The notes: generated by a model not told the origin, from the sequence alone. 64,000 nucleotides of DNA from Eledone cirrhosa (GCA_964016885.1 OZ024740.1:224626001-224690000), one strand, 5' to 3'; positions 50,211 to 62,516 are shown, numbered from the stretch's first letter. Made by a program: numbers and translations.

Positions 50211-51809
50211 TCATCATCATCATCATCATTTTACATCCGCTTTTCCTTGCTTGCAGGGGTGGGACGGGTCCATTTCAGTACAGCATCTTTCCATTCATCA
50301 TGGTCCTTTGTCATTTCCTGTAACTAGTAAAAGAATGTATTGAGAAAGAAAGAAGCAGGAGTGAAAGAGAAAAGTCAGAAACATATTTCTCCAACATAAT
50401 CGAAATAGTAAGCAATTCCTATTGTTGTAATTTTTGTCATTCTATACATACACTAACTCCTACTTTATATATGTATATATGTCTGTGTATGTATTAGTGT
50501 ATGTGTGTATGAAAATCTATGTTTTAAGATGTTTCAAGATGTGAATATTATTGTATGATAAAGAGAAACCAAATGAGAAAGTTAGTCAAGAAAATCTATT
50601 AATATATCACTTATGGTTTTCAGTACAAACGTGTCAAACTCTTCTGAAGGTTAATTATAAAGATCTGAGGAATATCATGATGAAATAAACACTATTATAT
50701 CATTTATAAACTAACATTATAGTGGTATAAATGAAACCATAATAATAATCATTCTGCTAAAGTGGTAAAATAATTATCCATTTAAGAATTAGTAAGATAA
50801 CAATGTATGTACGTATATATGTATGTAGCTTTGTATGTGTGTGCATGTGTATTTATAGATATCTCTACATATATAATAAATATCTTCAAAGATATACATT
50901 ATTTAATAGGAATAAAGTAACAAAATAGTTAATTCAAAATAATGGTACTACTACTGTCAATACTAATACTACTACTACAAGCATCCTCATCACCATTATA
51001 ATTTGCCACACACCCTAGTTCATGAAAATGTGCTAGGGGTTACATTGTTGTCAGAGATGTTTTGTGATCAGCAGATTGATGTTGAATCTTTTGTTACATA
51101 CTTTTAATGAAAGACACTGACGACGAGTTTTCAATGATTTTGAAAATAATCAAGATTTGGAATGAATTAGTAGTATTCCTAACTTTCTCATTATTTATCT
51201 GGTGTTCCTAACATAGGCACAAGGCCAGAAATTAGTTGGGGAGTTGATTATATAGACTCTAGAACTTGACTGGTATGTTATTTTATTGGACCTAGAGGGA
51301 TGAAAGACAAAGTACCAGTAAAGTTCTTAGGTTCTATTTTTTTTTTAGTCTAAATACTATCAGTTCTTCTGCAAAGATTTCTTCTATTTTCTTCTGAAGT
51401 CTGTTTCGGAATCTTACAGCATACTTTATTAGGATGCCTAATTAGACTGATGATCAGCTAATACTAGAAGAGTCTTAAGTTGCTTTTTGTGGATCCAATC
51501 TTTTGATCACTGTTTTGTTTCCAATATACTCTAACAGAAAGATTTCAATGCCTTGATGAATTTTGGTTTTCCGTATTTCAGGAGATATGCATGAATATTG
51601 TCCAATCATGGTGAGGTTTCTTTCTTTGAGCATGTGTGACACTTCTTCGGCTTTTTTCCGGTGTACTGGAGCATCACCAACTCCTCTGTTGGGACATTGA
51701 ACCTTGAGTTAAGAACAATTTCTGACATTTTTTTTTATTCATCATTATTGAAAATCACAGTTAGCATGTTTAGGATGGGTTTAACAGCGGATAGCATATC
51801 ATCATCACC

Positions 51810-52525
51810 ATTTTACGTCCATTCTTCAACGCTAGCATTGGTTAGATGGGTTGTCCTGTTGTGGGCAGTGCCCGGTCAGCTGACCTTTTCTTGGTCATAT
51901 GGGAACTGATTTTGGCTCAATTTCTACAGCTAGGTGCCCTTCTTAAAACCAATCTCATTTACAGTGAGTGCTGGGTACTTTTTTTCCATGGCACCTACAC
52001 AACCACTTTAAAATGTGGGCTGGGTGTTTTTTTGTCATGGCACCTCCACGACCACTTTTTCAATGGGAGATGGTGGGGGCATATTGTCTATATGCTTCAG
52101 CTTCGGCTTGTACCTGTGGGAAGTCAGGTCTTCTGTATTACTGCATGATACCAGGTCATAGTCCTGTGTCATTGCCTGTGGGAGGTGCAAATGGATAAGG
52201 TCGGCTTTTATCACCTCATCTCAGGTCTTCTTGGGTCTCCCCACTGCATGGCTTCCATTGACTTCTAGTGCTCTGCACCTTTTTTATGCGGCTGTCATCC
52301 TTCATACACATCACATGTCCATACCAATGCAACCTCCTCTCCTGCACACAACATTTGATTCCTCTTATGCTCAATTCGCTTATGTTTTGCTGTTTGCGTA
52401 TATTACTATTACACATCCATCGGAGCATGCAAGCTACATTTCTTTCTAATCTACACAAGTCTTCTACACACAGCACCCAGGTCTCACTACCATGTAACAT
52501 TGCTGTTTGTATGCAAGCATGCAAA
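51810..52525 (-). pseudogene. RTE 3' fragment with 3'UTR
   Basis: [24 protein letters not shown]; homologous to 49360-50098. Confidence 0.85.
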
Positions 52526-52643
52526 GACTAAAAGATGGACATGGTTTGAAGGTGGATTAAGCCTTCCTTAATTTCTGTCTCTTGTCTTTAGAGGTGTGAA
52601 TGTTATATTTCATGTAAAGTAATATTTCTAATATATATATATA

Positions 52644-53228
52644 CGATAGCTGTATAACAAAGTGCAGGGCAATAAAGATAGACGGTAGCCACGGAATAGG
52701 CAGACCTAGAAAAACCTGGGACGAGCTGATAAACTCCGACCTCACACACTTACACCTCTCCAAGACAATGTCACTGGACCGAGACCTTTGGCGGTACTCA
52801 GTAATAGAGAAGACCCGCCTTACCTAAATACATAGTAAAACCTACTACAGCCAGTAGGCATCTCTAACAAAATACACCCCCGTCCCACCACCCCCACCCC
52901 ATCCACACGACCCCCTCCTATGTAAAGTTATGTTGTTGCCACACCATCCAGGCCGAAACAAATGAGATCGTGTAGGTGTCACGACAAAAAAACACACAGT
53001 CCACGCTGTAATGTGGCTGTGTAGGCAACACGGTAAAAACCTCCCAGACCCACACTGTAAATGTGGTTGGTGTTAGGAAGGGCATCCAACTGTAGAACAC
53101 CCGCCAGATCATCCTATGCGAGCAAGACAACCACTCTTGCCTCAAGTGGGAATACCCCCGTCCAAACCCATGCAAGCGTGGAACACGGACGTTAAACGTT
53201 GATGATGATGATGATGATGATGATGATA
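52644..53228 (+). mobile_element. RTE 3' fragment with 3'UTR and (GAT)n tail
   Basis: DSCITKCRAIKIDGSHGIGRPRKTWDELINSDL; tail similar to 49890-50098. Confidence 0.8.
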
Positions 53229-53529
53229 CATATGTACACACACACAAACATAACTACAAACAGTATAAGTTCAATCATACATATGATTGTGCATGTGTGT
53301 GTCAGTATATTGATGTGTGAATAAGGGCAGGAACACACTATATATGAGATCAGACATAACCTTAACATACCTAAATTTAATTAACATTGACTGTGAAATG
53401 TGGAAAACTCAAAGAAATATATCCCTTTCATCATCATATGTATTCACAGGACATCTAAATTTTAAACTCCCTCGTACACATACACCAATATTTAATATCT
53501 ATATGTAATTATAGCTGTCATTTATTATC

Positions 53530-54600
53530 ACTGTTTTATATTAACAATTAAATGATAATAGGAAGCAAAACTGTAAATTTCTTAAACTGGTATTCAAAAT
53601 TACTCCTCATCTATTTCAGAAAGCCTATTAATAGATATACTAAAATTTGTTTGCAAATAACTTCTCAGCTACCACTACTTCTGATATGGACATCATTTTA
53701 CACATTAGGAACACCAACCTATTTTATGATAATATCTTATGGATAAAAAACTTTCTGCAAGATTTTGGTGACAATGAGTGCTATTGTGATATTTTGTATT
53801 CTTAATTGGATACATAGCAAATTTCTATACATCATCAGGAGTTTGTGTAGAAACGATGGTTTGCTATTCTCAGAAATACCAATAAATGATAAACAAAGAA
53901 ATTTAAGAAAGAATTTCTTGATTTGTTTTCAGAGTTTATCTTTAAAATTACAGTTGAATCCACACTTATGATAGCCAGCAATCTTGATGGTACATTCACA
54001 ATTCTTCACATTCAGAAGCCACAATGAGTCATTATAAAACACTCAATACATATGTTAACAAATCTTGTTAAATATATTTCCCTTCATATTTCCAGTCTCT
54101 CTTTTACTGAAGTCACATTGGTTGATACTTCTTAGTACTGTAACAATGCCACATATCATAGCGAATTTATAAGATTTATAAAACGATGACATTTCACAAA
54201 CTCACAATAAAAGAAAAAAAATATTTGGAGTTATTTCCAATTCTCTGCAGCCAGCATGTCTCTACTTCTGTAGCCAAAATATGCTTTAAACTGCTGCAAA
54301 AGAATTTTCCTCAAGACCACAATTACAAGATTTTAATAAAAAATGTAAACATTTTCTCCTCTATGCCATCCAATTTTACAGAATTGTTGTCAAATATGAA
54401 CTGAATCTAAGTGTATAATTCCTTCTAATTGTATATGCTCAAATGAATGTTCATGTGAATGTAGATATACATCTAAAAGAATTGCTTTCTGTGTCTCTCT
54501 GAAAGTGAATACAGTGTCTAAATGTTACATTGAAGTAATTGTAAAATTATTTAAAGTAAGTTTAATCCACCACAAAGTTGCATACTGAAATCCCGTTAGA
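53530..54600 (+). pseudogene. Heavily degraded Penelope-like RT region
   Basis: Eroded motifs LCRNDGL (=LYRDDG), ISSLS and HVSTSVAKICFKLLQKNFPQDHNYK, collinear with the PLE at 59-1500. Confidence 0.55.
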
Positions 54601-54734
54601 ACTGACACTATTTTATCCTTATATATATATATAGAGAGAAAAGAAATAGGATTTCGCTTCAAGCATAGCTTTATACAATATGTATAAATATTTCGTATCT
54701 CCAAAGAAATACAGTTTTAGGAGGCAAGGGGGAC

Positions 54735-54780
54735 CACCATCTATGCCTTTCAGGCTTAACTGGCCTTCGTCAGGACGGTC
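54735..54780 (-). ncRNA. Hammerhead ribozyme copy (stem III mutated)
   Basis: Minus strand: accgtc-CTGACGA-aggc(cagttaa)gcct-GAAA-ggca-TA-gatggt. Confidence 0.7.
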
Positions 54781-55084
54781 CCTCCCACCGCTTGCGACTG
54801 CTAGACTAGAAGACAGGCGAGAATATATACTTTTCTCGTCTGTGTAATTGAGGTGATTAATCTCATTTGCATATGAAGCTGCATAAGTTGGCTCAACTTA
54901 TAATAAAAAAGAAATAGGATTTCGTTTCAAGCATAGCTTTATACAATATGTATAAATATTTCGTATCTCCAAAGAAATACAGTTTTAGGAAGTCGTAGCT
55001 ATGTAAACACCGGGGGGCTAACAGACGCGAAAAGTACATATTCTCGCCTGTCTTCTAGTCAAGCAGTCGCAAGCGGTGGGAGGG

Positions 55085-55128
55085 ACGGTCCTGACGAAGG
55101 CCAGTTAAGCCTGAAATGCATAGACGGT
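55085..55128 (+). ncRNA. Minimal type-I hammerhead ribozyme
   Basis: gtc-CTGACGA-aggc(cagttaa)gcct-GAAA-tgca-TA-gac. Confidence 0.85.
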
Positions 55129-55407
55129 TGTCCCCCTTGCTTTTGCTGGACATCACCAGAGGGTGTTAGCCCCCCAGTGTTTGCATAGCTACGGCTTCCT
55201 AATACTGTATTTCTTTGGAGATTCGAAATATTTATACATATTGCATAAAGCTATGCTTGAAGCGAAATCCTATTTCTTTTTTATTATAAGTTGAGCCAAC
55301 CTATGCAGCTTCATATGCAAATGAGATTAATCACCTCATTTACACTGACGAGAAAAGTATATATTCTCGCCTCTCTTCTAGCCCAGCAGTCGCAAGGGGT
55401 GGGAGGG

Positions 55408-55451
55408 ACCGTCCTGAAGAAGGCCAGGTAAGCCTGAAATGCATAGACGGT
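55408..55451 (+). ncRNA. Minimal type-I hammerhead ribozyme
   Basis: accgtc-CTGAAGA-aggc(caggtaa)gcct-GAAA-tgca-TA-gacggt; perfect 6-bp stem I. Confidence 0.88.
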
Positions 55452-55604
55452 TGTCCCCCTTGATTCTGCTGGACATCACCAGAGGGTGTTAGCCACCCCC
55501 CGGTGTTTGCATAGCTACGGCTTCCTAAAACTGTATTTCTTTGGAGATACGAAATATTTATACGCACACATATATATATATATATATAATAAAGAATACA
55601 ATAT

Positions 55605-55682
55605 AATTACCTCATTACCAGAGGTTTCCCGAATAAGACGAATACAAGAAACGTCCTCATTCGTTCGTCAGACAAGGCAATT
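55605..55682 (-). ncRNA. Type-I hammerhead ribozyme
   Basis: Minus strand: aattgccttgt-CTGACGA-a-cgaatgaggacg...cgtcttattcg-g-GAAA-cc(tct)gg-TA-atgaggtaatt; 11-bp stem I with G-U pairs. Confidence 0.85.
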
Positions 55683-56453
55683 TAAAACATAGTGAAATAT
55701 TTGAAAAATCTCCTCAAGAAAGGCAAAAGTTTAACGGGCAAAAAATATATATATAAATAAAAGTAATGCAAGAGATATATAAAAATAAAATAAGGAAATA
55801 TAGTATAGGTATGTGTATAAATGTGTGTATATGCACCGACAAATGCCTGTGTATAGTGAAAAAATATGTGCGAAGTACATACATGAGGGCAAGCATATCA
55901 GTGTATGTGTTACCACAAATACGTATATAATATATGTTGAAAAAAGAAATTGTAAGATAATAGAGTTAGCGTACATACAGACTCAGGGACTAAGGATTGA
56001 AATATATACACATACAAGTATGAAAGCACGCGTATGAACACACACACACGCGCAACCACATACATGCATGTGATATATACAGGGAAGGGAGTGTATCAGT
56101 CAAAACAGTGTCAGGCTGAAGGTCGACACATATATATAAAAATATAAAATATGAAAATGAAAAAATGAAAAAATATATGAGAATAAAAAAATTAAATCAA
56201 AGAGAAAGTAAGAGGGAGGGGTTATCAATTATAAAGTAACACTAGAAAAATAGAAAACATACAGAAGTTCGTACACACACATATATATATATAAATATAT
56301 ATATAAATATGTACAGACAAAATCACATACATGCGTACAAAATCACTTGGCACATGGTCGGGATTTTACCTTCCACTACACCTACTTTGCATTGAGTTCT
56401 CCCATTGTTGGTGGTCCTCTTGGTCTCAGCACTGAAGGCTCTCTCTCTCTCAC

Positions 56454-56502
<49 letters not shown>

Positions 56503-56931
56503 TGTTGAATATATATTATAGAGTGTAGAGGTATAAAGTATAATTTAGATTAGATGGATAATTTACAGGCACTGTAATTCGTATTTAGTTGGAGATGGTT
56601 CTTTGTAGTATATATGCTGTCAATATTTCTTTTTTAATTCCCTGAAGACATGGTTCACCTGAGATCACACTAAAATGTTTCTCACATCCTTTTCTTATCA
56701 TACCTAAGGCCTATAAGATAAGTGGGACTACTTTCATTTTAAGGTGCCACATTTTTACAGTCTCTATCTTTTGGTCTTTGTATTTATCTAAGGTTTCAAA
56801 TGTTTTTACTGATATGTTTTTATATGATCAAATATTCATATAAATTAATTTACTGATTTTGTTTCTCTATCCTTGATCATGAATATTTGGAGTATTATCA
56901 TTTCTATCATTTATTTTTATAAAAATAATAA

Positions 56932-57070
56932 TAATGGTTTCTGATTTCGGCAGAAGGTCAACAATTTTTTGAAGGGGAGGAGAAAGTCAATTAAATCGAA
57001 ACCTGTGCGTTACTGGTACTTTATTTTATCGACCCCATAGGGATGAAAGGAAAGGCTAACCACGATGGGA
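56932..57070 (-). mobile_element. Partial Nin-domain SINE between AAT repeats
   Basis: ttactggtactttattttatcgaccccatagggatgaaagg. Confidence 0.65.
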
Positions 57071-57146
57071 ATAATAATAATAATTCTTTTTTACTTTTCG
57101 CACAAAGCAAGCAATTACCCCAATGCACACTCTACTGATACAGCTA

Positions 57147-57183
<37 letters not shown>

Positions 57184-57425
57184 TTTTCTTTATTAACCAC
57201 AAGGGTTCACATAAAGTAGACATTAAGGACAGTACAGGACAATACAGGACGGTACAAATGGGCATTTCTGCGTGTAAAAAAACAGAGGTTGAAATAAAAT
57301 AACAAAGAAAAATTCCCCAATAGGGGGGAGACTTCCAAGGGACATTTGTGGAGAAAGCCCATTAAAAGACCACAGTGGCCCTGACCACCAGGGCAAGTGC
57401 CCTCTCCCAGTTTTCCACCTTTAAT

Positions 57426-60400
57426 TTACAGACACATACTCAGAGAAGGCCCATTCATTCGGGCCATACTTGCTTCTCTCACCCATCTTTCAACAAAATG
57501 CTGGGAAGAGAGCACTTCCCTCTCTACCCTGATTTTCCTTTTCAAATGAAATTTGAAAAAGTTAATCAGGGCATCACCGAAGAGGTAAGTGCTCGTCTTC
57601 AGCCCTTTCAAACGTGTCCACCATACTATCTCTTTCGCTATGGCCACCAGACAGATAAAAACTGCCTGCCCTTCCAGGCTAAAGGAAGGGGGCGGGGCAA
57701 TCCTCACGATGGACTCAGCTGATAGCTGGATCCGTCCTACACGTGACAGCAGGTGTTCGACATAAACCCACAAGTCAGCAATGCTCGGACACTGGACGAG
57801 TGCGTGCAGGACGGTTTCGTCGCCCTGCGCGCATCTCGGACATGCCCGGCTGACCGCACCTCCATGCCTGTAGAGTTTATCCCGAACTGGCAAAGCTCCT
57901 CGGTAGCACTGCCAGGCCAGGGATTTCTGGAAGTTGTCCATAGGCCCCGGCCCGAAAGTCCTTCCGAAGAGATTGGCTAGTTGATTTTCATCGACGCCTA
58001 GAGATTCTCCAAGTACGTCGTCGCTCTTCCCCTCCACTAATCCCCTATAGAACGCCAAGGTGGAGTTTCCACCGATCACATTGCCCGATTGGTCGAGGGC
58101 TGTGAGCGCCTGAAGACATTCCAGTCTCCAAGCGCTCCCTCTCGGTCTTCGCTTGACCCAGGACTGCAGCTCCGTCAAGGAGACGAGCTGGGGAAAAACG
58201 TGTCTTGCAAACGGCGACCACACCTGATCACCGTCGAGGAAGAGGTGGAGATGTCGTAGCCTGAGCGCGTGTCTGCGCATCATCAGCCACGGTATGCCCA
58301 GCCCTCCACGTAGCGGGTGTTGACAGCAGATGGACCGCCTGACCATCGGAGCGCGTCCCTTCCACAAGAAGCGAAAGAGCAAACGCTCCAGCGCAGTCAG
58401 GCGGGGCTTAGGACAAGGTACGACGGTCAGGCGGTAGTAGATGAAGGATGCGATGTACGCATTTGCCACCTCCGCTCGACCTTTCAGGGATAGCTTCCTC
58501 TCGGCCCATTTCTGGGTGAGAGAAGCCACCCTGCTCGTCACCTCGTCCCAGTTTTTGTCCGTCTGGAGGTCTGGACCGAACCAGACCCCTAGCAATTTAA
58601 CCGGTCCGTCCGTCCAGCGCCCGACGACGCTGTTGGACGGCATGGACCTGCCTCTCCAGGTGCCGAGCTGCAGGCCCACTGACTTTTCCTGGTTGATCAT
58701 TGCTCCTGTCACCGCTTCGTATTCTCTTAGTGTAGTGCCGATCGCCTCGATGTGTTTGGCGTTCGACACCACTACGGTGACATCGTCGGCATATGCTGAC
58801 ACGGATCTTCCGCATCCTAGTTCGCGCGGTACCCCCCTCAACGTCTCCAGTTTGTGCAGTAATGGCTCGAGAGTCAATACGTACAATAGGGACGAGAGGG
58901 GACATCCTTGGCGGACCGAGCGCATGATGTTGAACGGTTCCGAAAGGTGACCGTTCACTCTCACTACAGAGCAGATGTCGCTGTGCATGGCAGCGATCCA
59001 GCCTCTGAAGACGGGCCCAAAGCCAGCCGCCCTCAGGACTGCCGCTAGGTAACGATGGTCGACCCTATCGAAGGCTTTCGACTGATCTAAATTGATCAAA
59101 GACCCACCCGTGCCAGGTTCCCTAGCTACCCTCTCTACGATGTATCGCATGAGGTGGAGGTTGTCGTGGATGGATCTGTCGGGAATGGCGCATGTCTGTG
59201 CCTCTCCCACCAGACCACCAACGACAAGCGCCAACCTCTTTGCTAGCACCTTGGCCAAAATCTTGAACTCTGTGTTTAGCAGGGTTATGGGCCTAAAATT
59301 ATCTCTGTTATGCCCCTTGTTCGGATCCTTTCTCAGCAGCGCCACCGCTCCTCGGCTCACAGAGCTGGGAATTCTCCCGTTCTGTTGCCAGTTGCAGTAG
59401 ACGTCCGCCAAAAGGCCTCCGAACAAGTTTGGCATTTGTACGTAAAGTTCATAGGGCAGACCATCCAAACCAAGCGATTTACCCCTTGTGCAACTAGTCA
59501 TTGCATCCCGTACTTCAGCGGTTGTTATCGGCTTTTCGCAACACTCCGCCTCAGTGGCCGAAAGCCGCGGCAGTCCGTCGAGGTAGACACTAAAGTCCAT
59601 CCCTCGATCCGGCCCGCCACTGCCCCCGAACAGTTGAGCGAAGTGTCGCTGAAAAGCTTCACACATTTGCCCGGGATCGAGTAGCATGCGCCCGTCGTGG
59701 TCCACCAAAGACCGGATCGTGGCTTTGTTGCCACGACGCGCCTCCGCCACTCGGGCCCATTGAACGGCTTTCGTCCCCTCGTATCTGAGAGCACGCACCC
59801 TAGCTCTGACAACGCAGCCTTCGTGCTTTGCATTGAAGAATTGGTCAAGGGCCAATTTCGCCGCAAGTACGTCGGTCGCGATGCCTTTGCTAAGCGCCTC
59901 ATCTAATTTTCTAACTAATTCTCCCTCTGCTCTATTTTTCTCTATTGCTAAAGTCTTACTAAACCTAATGGACTCTATTCTAATTGCTCTTTTCAGAGCA
60001 AACCACCACTTGTTGTTGACGATGGCCCCCGTCAACGCCCGCTTAACTAGTTCGCTAATCCGGTCTCTGTAGGCCTTGCGCGCTGGTAAGGACGCGTTTA
60101 GCTTCCAGTAGCCGGGTCCTCGTCTATGAAGCTTATCTAAGTCAAGCACACAGATCACTAATTTGTAGTCCGTGTAGCTGACTATCTTGAATTGTGGACA
60201 GCCTATGCTAGACCTATCCATTTCCCTACAAAATACTCTATCTAGATATGATCTGGATGACCCTATGCGATTTGTCACAGCAACTCCTCCCCCCGATCCC
60301 GGACGGCTGGGAGATGCGTACACATCGTAGCCGCCGAAGATCGGTGCGAAAGCCTGTGCTTCGGAGATTCTGGTCTCGCTGATGGCCACTACATCTATGT

Positions 60401-60491
60401 TTAGTGACCTGAGGTCGTTGAGCAGGTGGCCCTGCTTCCATGACGACCCCAAGCCACGCGCATTTATGCTGCCTATTCTGAGTGAGGTCAT
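57426..60491 (-). CDS. ORF2: APE endonuclease (internally deleted) - reverse transcriptase - CCHC finger
   Basis: SINARGL..ISET, YLDR, GYWKLN, GLDGLPYE, NFRPITLLN, LDQSKAFDRV, RQGCPLS, YADD, CPRC..ETVLHALVQC. Confidence 0.93.
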   Translation of the reverse strand: MTSLRIGSINARGLGSSWKQGHLLNDLRSLNIDVVAISETRISEAQAFAPIFGGYDVYASPSRPGSGGGVAVTNRIGSSRSYLDRVFCREMDRSSIGCPQFKIVSYTDYKLVICVLDLDKLHRRGPGYWKLNASLPARKAYRDRISELVKRALTGAIVNNKWWFALKRAIRIESIRFSKTLAIEKNRAEGELVRKLDEALSKGIATDVLAAKLALDQFFNAKHEGCVVRARVRALRYEGTKAVQWARVAEARRGNKATIRSLVDHDGRMLLDPGQMCEAFQRHFAQLFGGSGGPDRGMDFSVYLDGLPRLSATEAECCEKPITTAEVRDAMTSCTRGKSLGLDGLPYELYVQMPNLFGGLLADVYCNWQQNGRIPSSVSRGAVALLRKDPNKGHNRDNFRPITLLNTEFKILAKVLAKRLALVVGGLVGEAQTCAIPDRSIHDNLHLMRYIVERVAREPGTGGSLINLDQSKAFDRVDHRYLAAVLRAAGFGPVFRGWIAAMHSDICSVVRVNGHLSEPFNIMRSVRQGCPLSSLLYVLTLEPLLHKLETLRGVPRELGCGRSVSAYADDVTVVVSNAKHIEAIGTTLREYEAVTGAMINQEKSVGLQLGTWRGRSMPSNSVVGRWTDGPVKLLGVWFGPDLQTDKNWDEVTSRVASLTQKWAERKLSLKGRAEVANAYIASFIYYRLTVVPCPKPRLTALERLLFRFLWKGRAPMVRRSICCQHPLRGGLGIPWLMMRRHALRLRHLHLFLDGDQVWSPFARHVFPQLVSLTELQSWVKRRPRGSAWRLECLQALTALDQSGNVIGGNSTLAFYRGLVEGKSDDVLGESLGVDENQLANLFGRTFGPGPMDNFQKSLAWQCYRGALPVRDKLYRHGGAVSRACPRCAQGDETVLHALVQCPSIADLWVYVEHLLSRVGRIQLSAESIVRIAPPPSFSLEGQAVFICLVAIAKEIVWWTRLKGLKTSTYLFGDALINFFKFHLKRKIRVEREVLSSQHFVERWVREASMARMNGPSLSMCL

Positions 60492-60525
60492 GTTGAAAAG
60501 AAGTGGAAAAGATGGGAAAGACCAC

Positions 60526-62516
60526 TTACCTTACTTCTCGTAGGGGAAGGACGGCTTTTCCATCCTTTTCACTGCTTGTGGCCTCCTCAGGAAGGATGTC
60601 CTTATAAATCCTCCTGGAGAGTGCTTGTCGGAAGTCTCCGATGTCTTTGGGGAATTTTTGTTTTAGTGTCATGTACGTTTTCTGTGTGATGCGAGTGATT
60701 TGTATGTGTGGAGGTGGTGTGAATTTGGGGGTTGTTGTGTAGTCTTTTTCTGTGATGCTGGTGTTGTGTTGGATGTAGTGTAATAATTGCTTGTTGTTCA
60801 AATTTAATGCTGTGTATTGTGTATCGTTTTGGTTGTTTTGTTTTGTTTGCGTTTGTTGTGGGTTTGTTTCTGTTTCGCATTTTGGTGACTTTTGTGGTGT
60901 AGGTGATGGTGGTGCTGGGGATAATGATGGTGATGGTGTTGGTGTTTGGAATGATAGGGTTGGTGATGCTGGTGTGGATGGTGGCATATCTGTCCTAACT
61001 TTTTTGTTTCTTAGTTTATTTGTTTCCCTCTGTATTTTGTTTTTGGAGGGGGAAGGAAGAGAATTTTTTCTTTTTTGGTTTCTTTTTTTTTTTCCGGATA
61101 TCGTTTCCCACTCCTCGTCGTCACAATCTGTCTCCAGTTGTGATAGGCCGGGGAGTGGAAAATCCTCCACAGCCGTTAGTTTTGGTTGTGGTGTGGTTGA
61201 TGGTGTAGGCGCTGGTGCTAGTTCTGAAGCGTTGGGTGGTGGTGGTGTTGGTTTTGCTGGTGGTGGTAGTGGTGTTGGTTTTGCTACTGTTGCTGGGGTT
61301 GTTGCTGTTATAGTTGCTTCTGTTGTTGCTGCTACAGTTGTTGCTGCCATCTCTGCTACTGGTGGTGTTGATGGTTGTGTCACTGGGGTGGGTAGGAGAG
61401 GTGGCCTCAACCTTTTAGCCTGAGGGCAGAAAACCCTTAGGTGGGTTCCTTCACCACAAACGACACACCTAGGTCTTCTGCCCTCGACAATTACCGTGAG
61501 GTGGCTGCCGTCAGTGAGGTCTATTACCTCTGGGATCTCCTCAATGCTTTTTTGGTTCGCTTGGATCAGGAGCTCCATCCCAGATCCGGACCAGTTTTCC
61601 TGCTTTTCTTTTGCTACTGCTATTATTTTCGTGTTGGCTTCGATGCCGGCGAGGACAGCCGCTATTAGCCAGGGAATTTCGATGGCCGGTGGAACGTGGG
61701 TCACCCTGATCTTTACGAGTCTCTGGCCACAATAGCTTGGGACGAGTGTGAGGTCGTCACTTTTTAATGGGGCCATGGAGTGTTCTCTAGCCTCCTCTGG
61801 TGTTTCAAAGAACACATCCACGGTTCCATACTTTTGCCCACGTCTGATGTGGGTTTTTCTTGCCCACACATGTCCCAAAGCTTTTTGGATTTGGGACTCG
61901 GATGCCCGTTCCACTCGGCGCGATTTTACATTTATTGTTCTATACGACACGGTGCACAGGCGCCGATGCTCCATTTTATTAGGTGGGGGGTGAGGCTGAC
62001 CCTGTACCCATCTTTCTTTACCATTTGTTTGGCATTTTCTAAATCTTCTTGAGTTACCGTGAACGCTTCGAATTGTTTTGCTACGATGGCGAAACTGAGG
62101 GTCGGTTTTATAATGTCATTGTTGTTGTTGTTGCTATCGTTAATATTAATTTTATTTTCAGTTGTGGTGGTGGTGACGTCAGTCGTCTTTGGTGGGGAAG
62201 AGTCCATTTTGCTTGATTTCATTTCGACGTCACGAGTTAATTTATTTTTTTCTTCTTTTGTTTCTGTTGTCGCGGTGGTGGTGGTGGTGGTGGTTGTCGC
62301 GGTGGTGGTGGTGGTGGTGGAGGGTTTAACACCTGCAGTCATTGGTAATGGCGGGAAATGAATGTCTGCCTGAGACAAATTTAAAATATTGCTACTGCTT
62401 ATATTTTTTTTTTTTGTGTTGGCAAACGTAGTAACATTTACAATGGTGGTGTCGGTGTGAGGTGTTATTTTGTGAGGAAGGCTTTCAGCTGCTTCGTGCA
62501 GAGGGGAATTAGCCAT
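60526..62516 (-). CDS. ORF1: gag-like nucleic-acid-binding protein with CCHC knuckle (1-nt frameshift at ~61985)
   Basis: CVVCGEGTHLRVFC knuckle and Pro/Thr-rich C-terminus. ORFs 61932-62516 and 60526-61974 join across a G6 run; the paralogous copy reads through (RVSLTRAANIMKNKLLCSVSY). Confidence 0.85.

Larger units (their letters stand above)
54638..55562. mobile_element. Head-to-head array of a 323-nt hammerhead-containing repeat (retrozyme/pLTR-like)
   Basis: Minus-orientation partial tandem at 54638-55021 joined to a plus-orientation partial tandem at 55021-55562; HHR cores 323 nt apart (55091, 55414). Confidence 0.85.
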
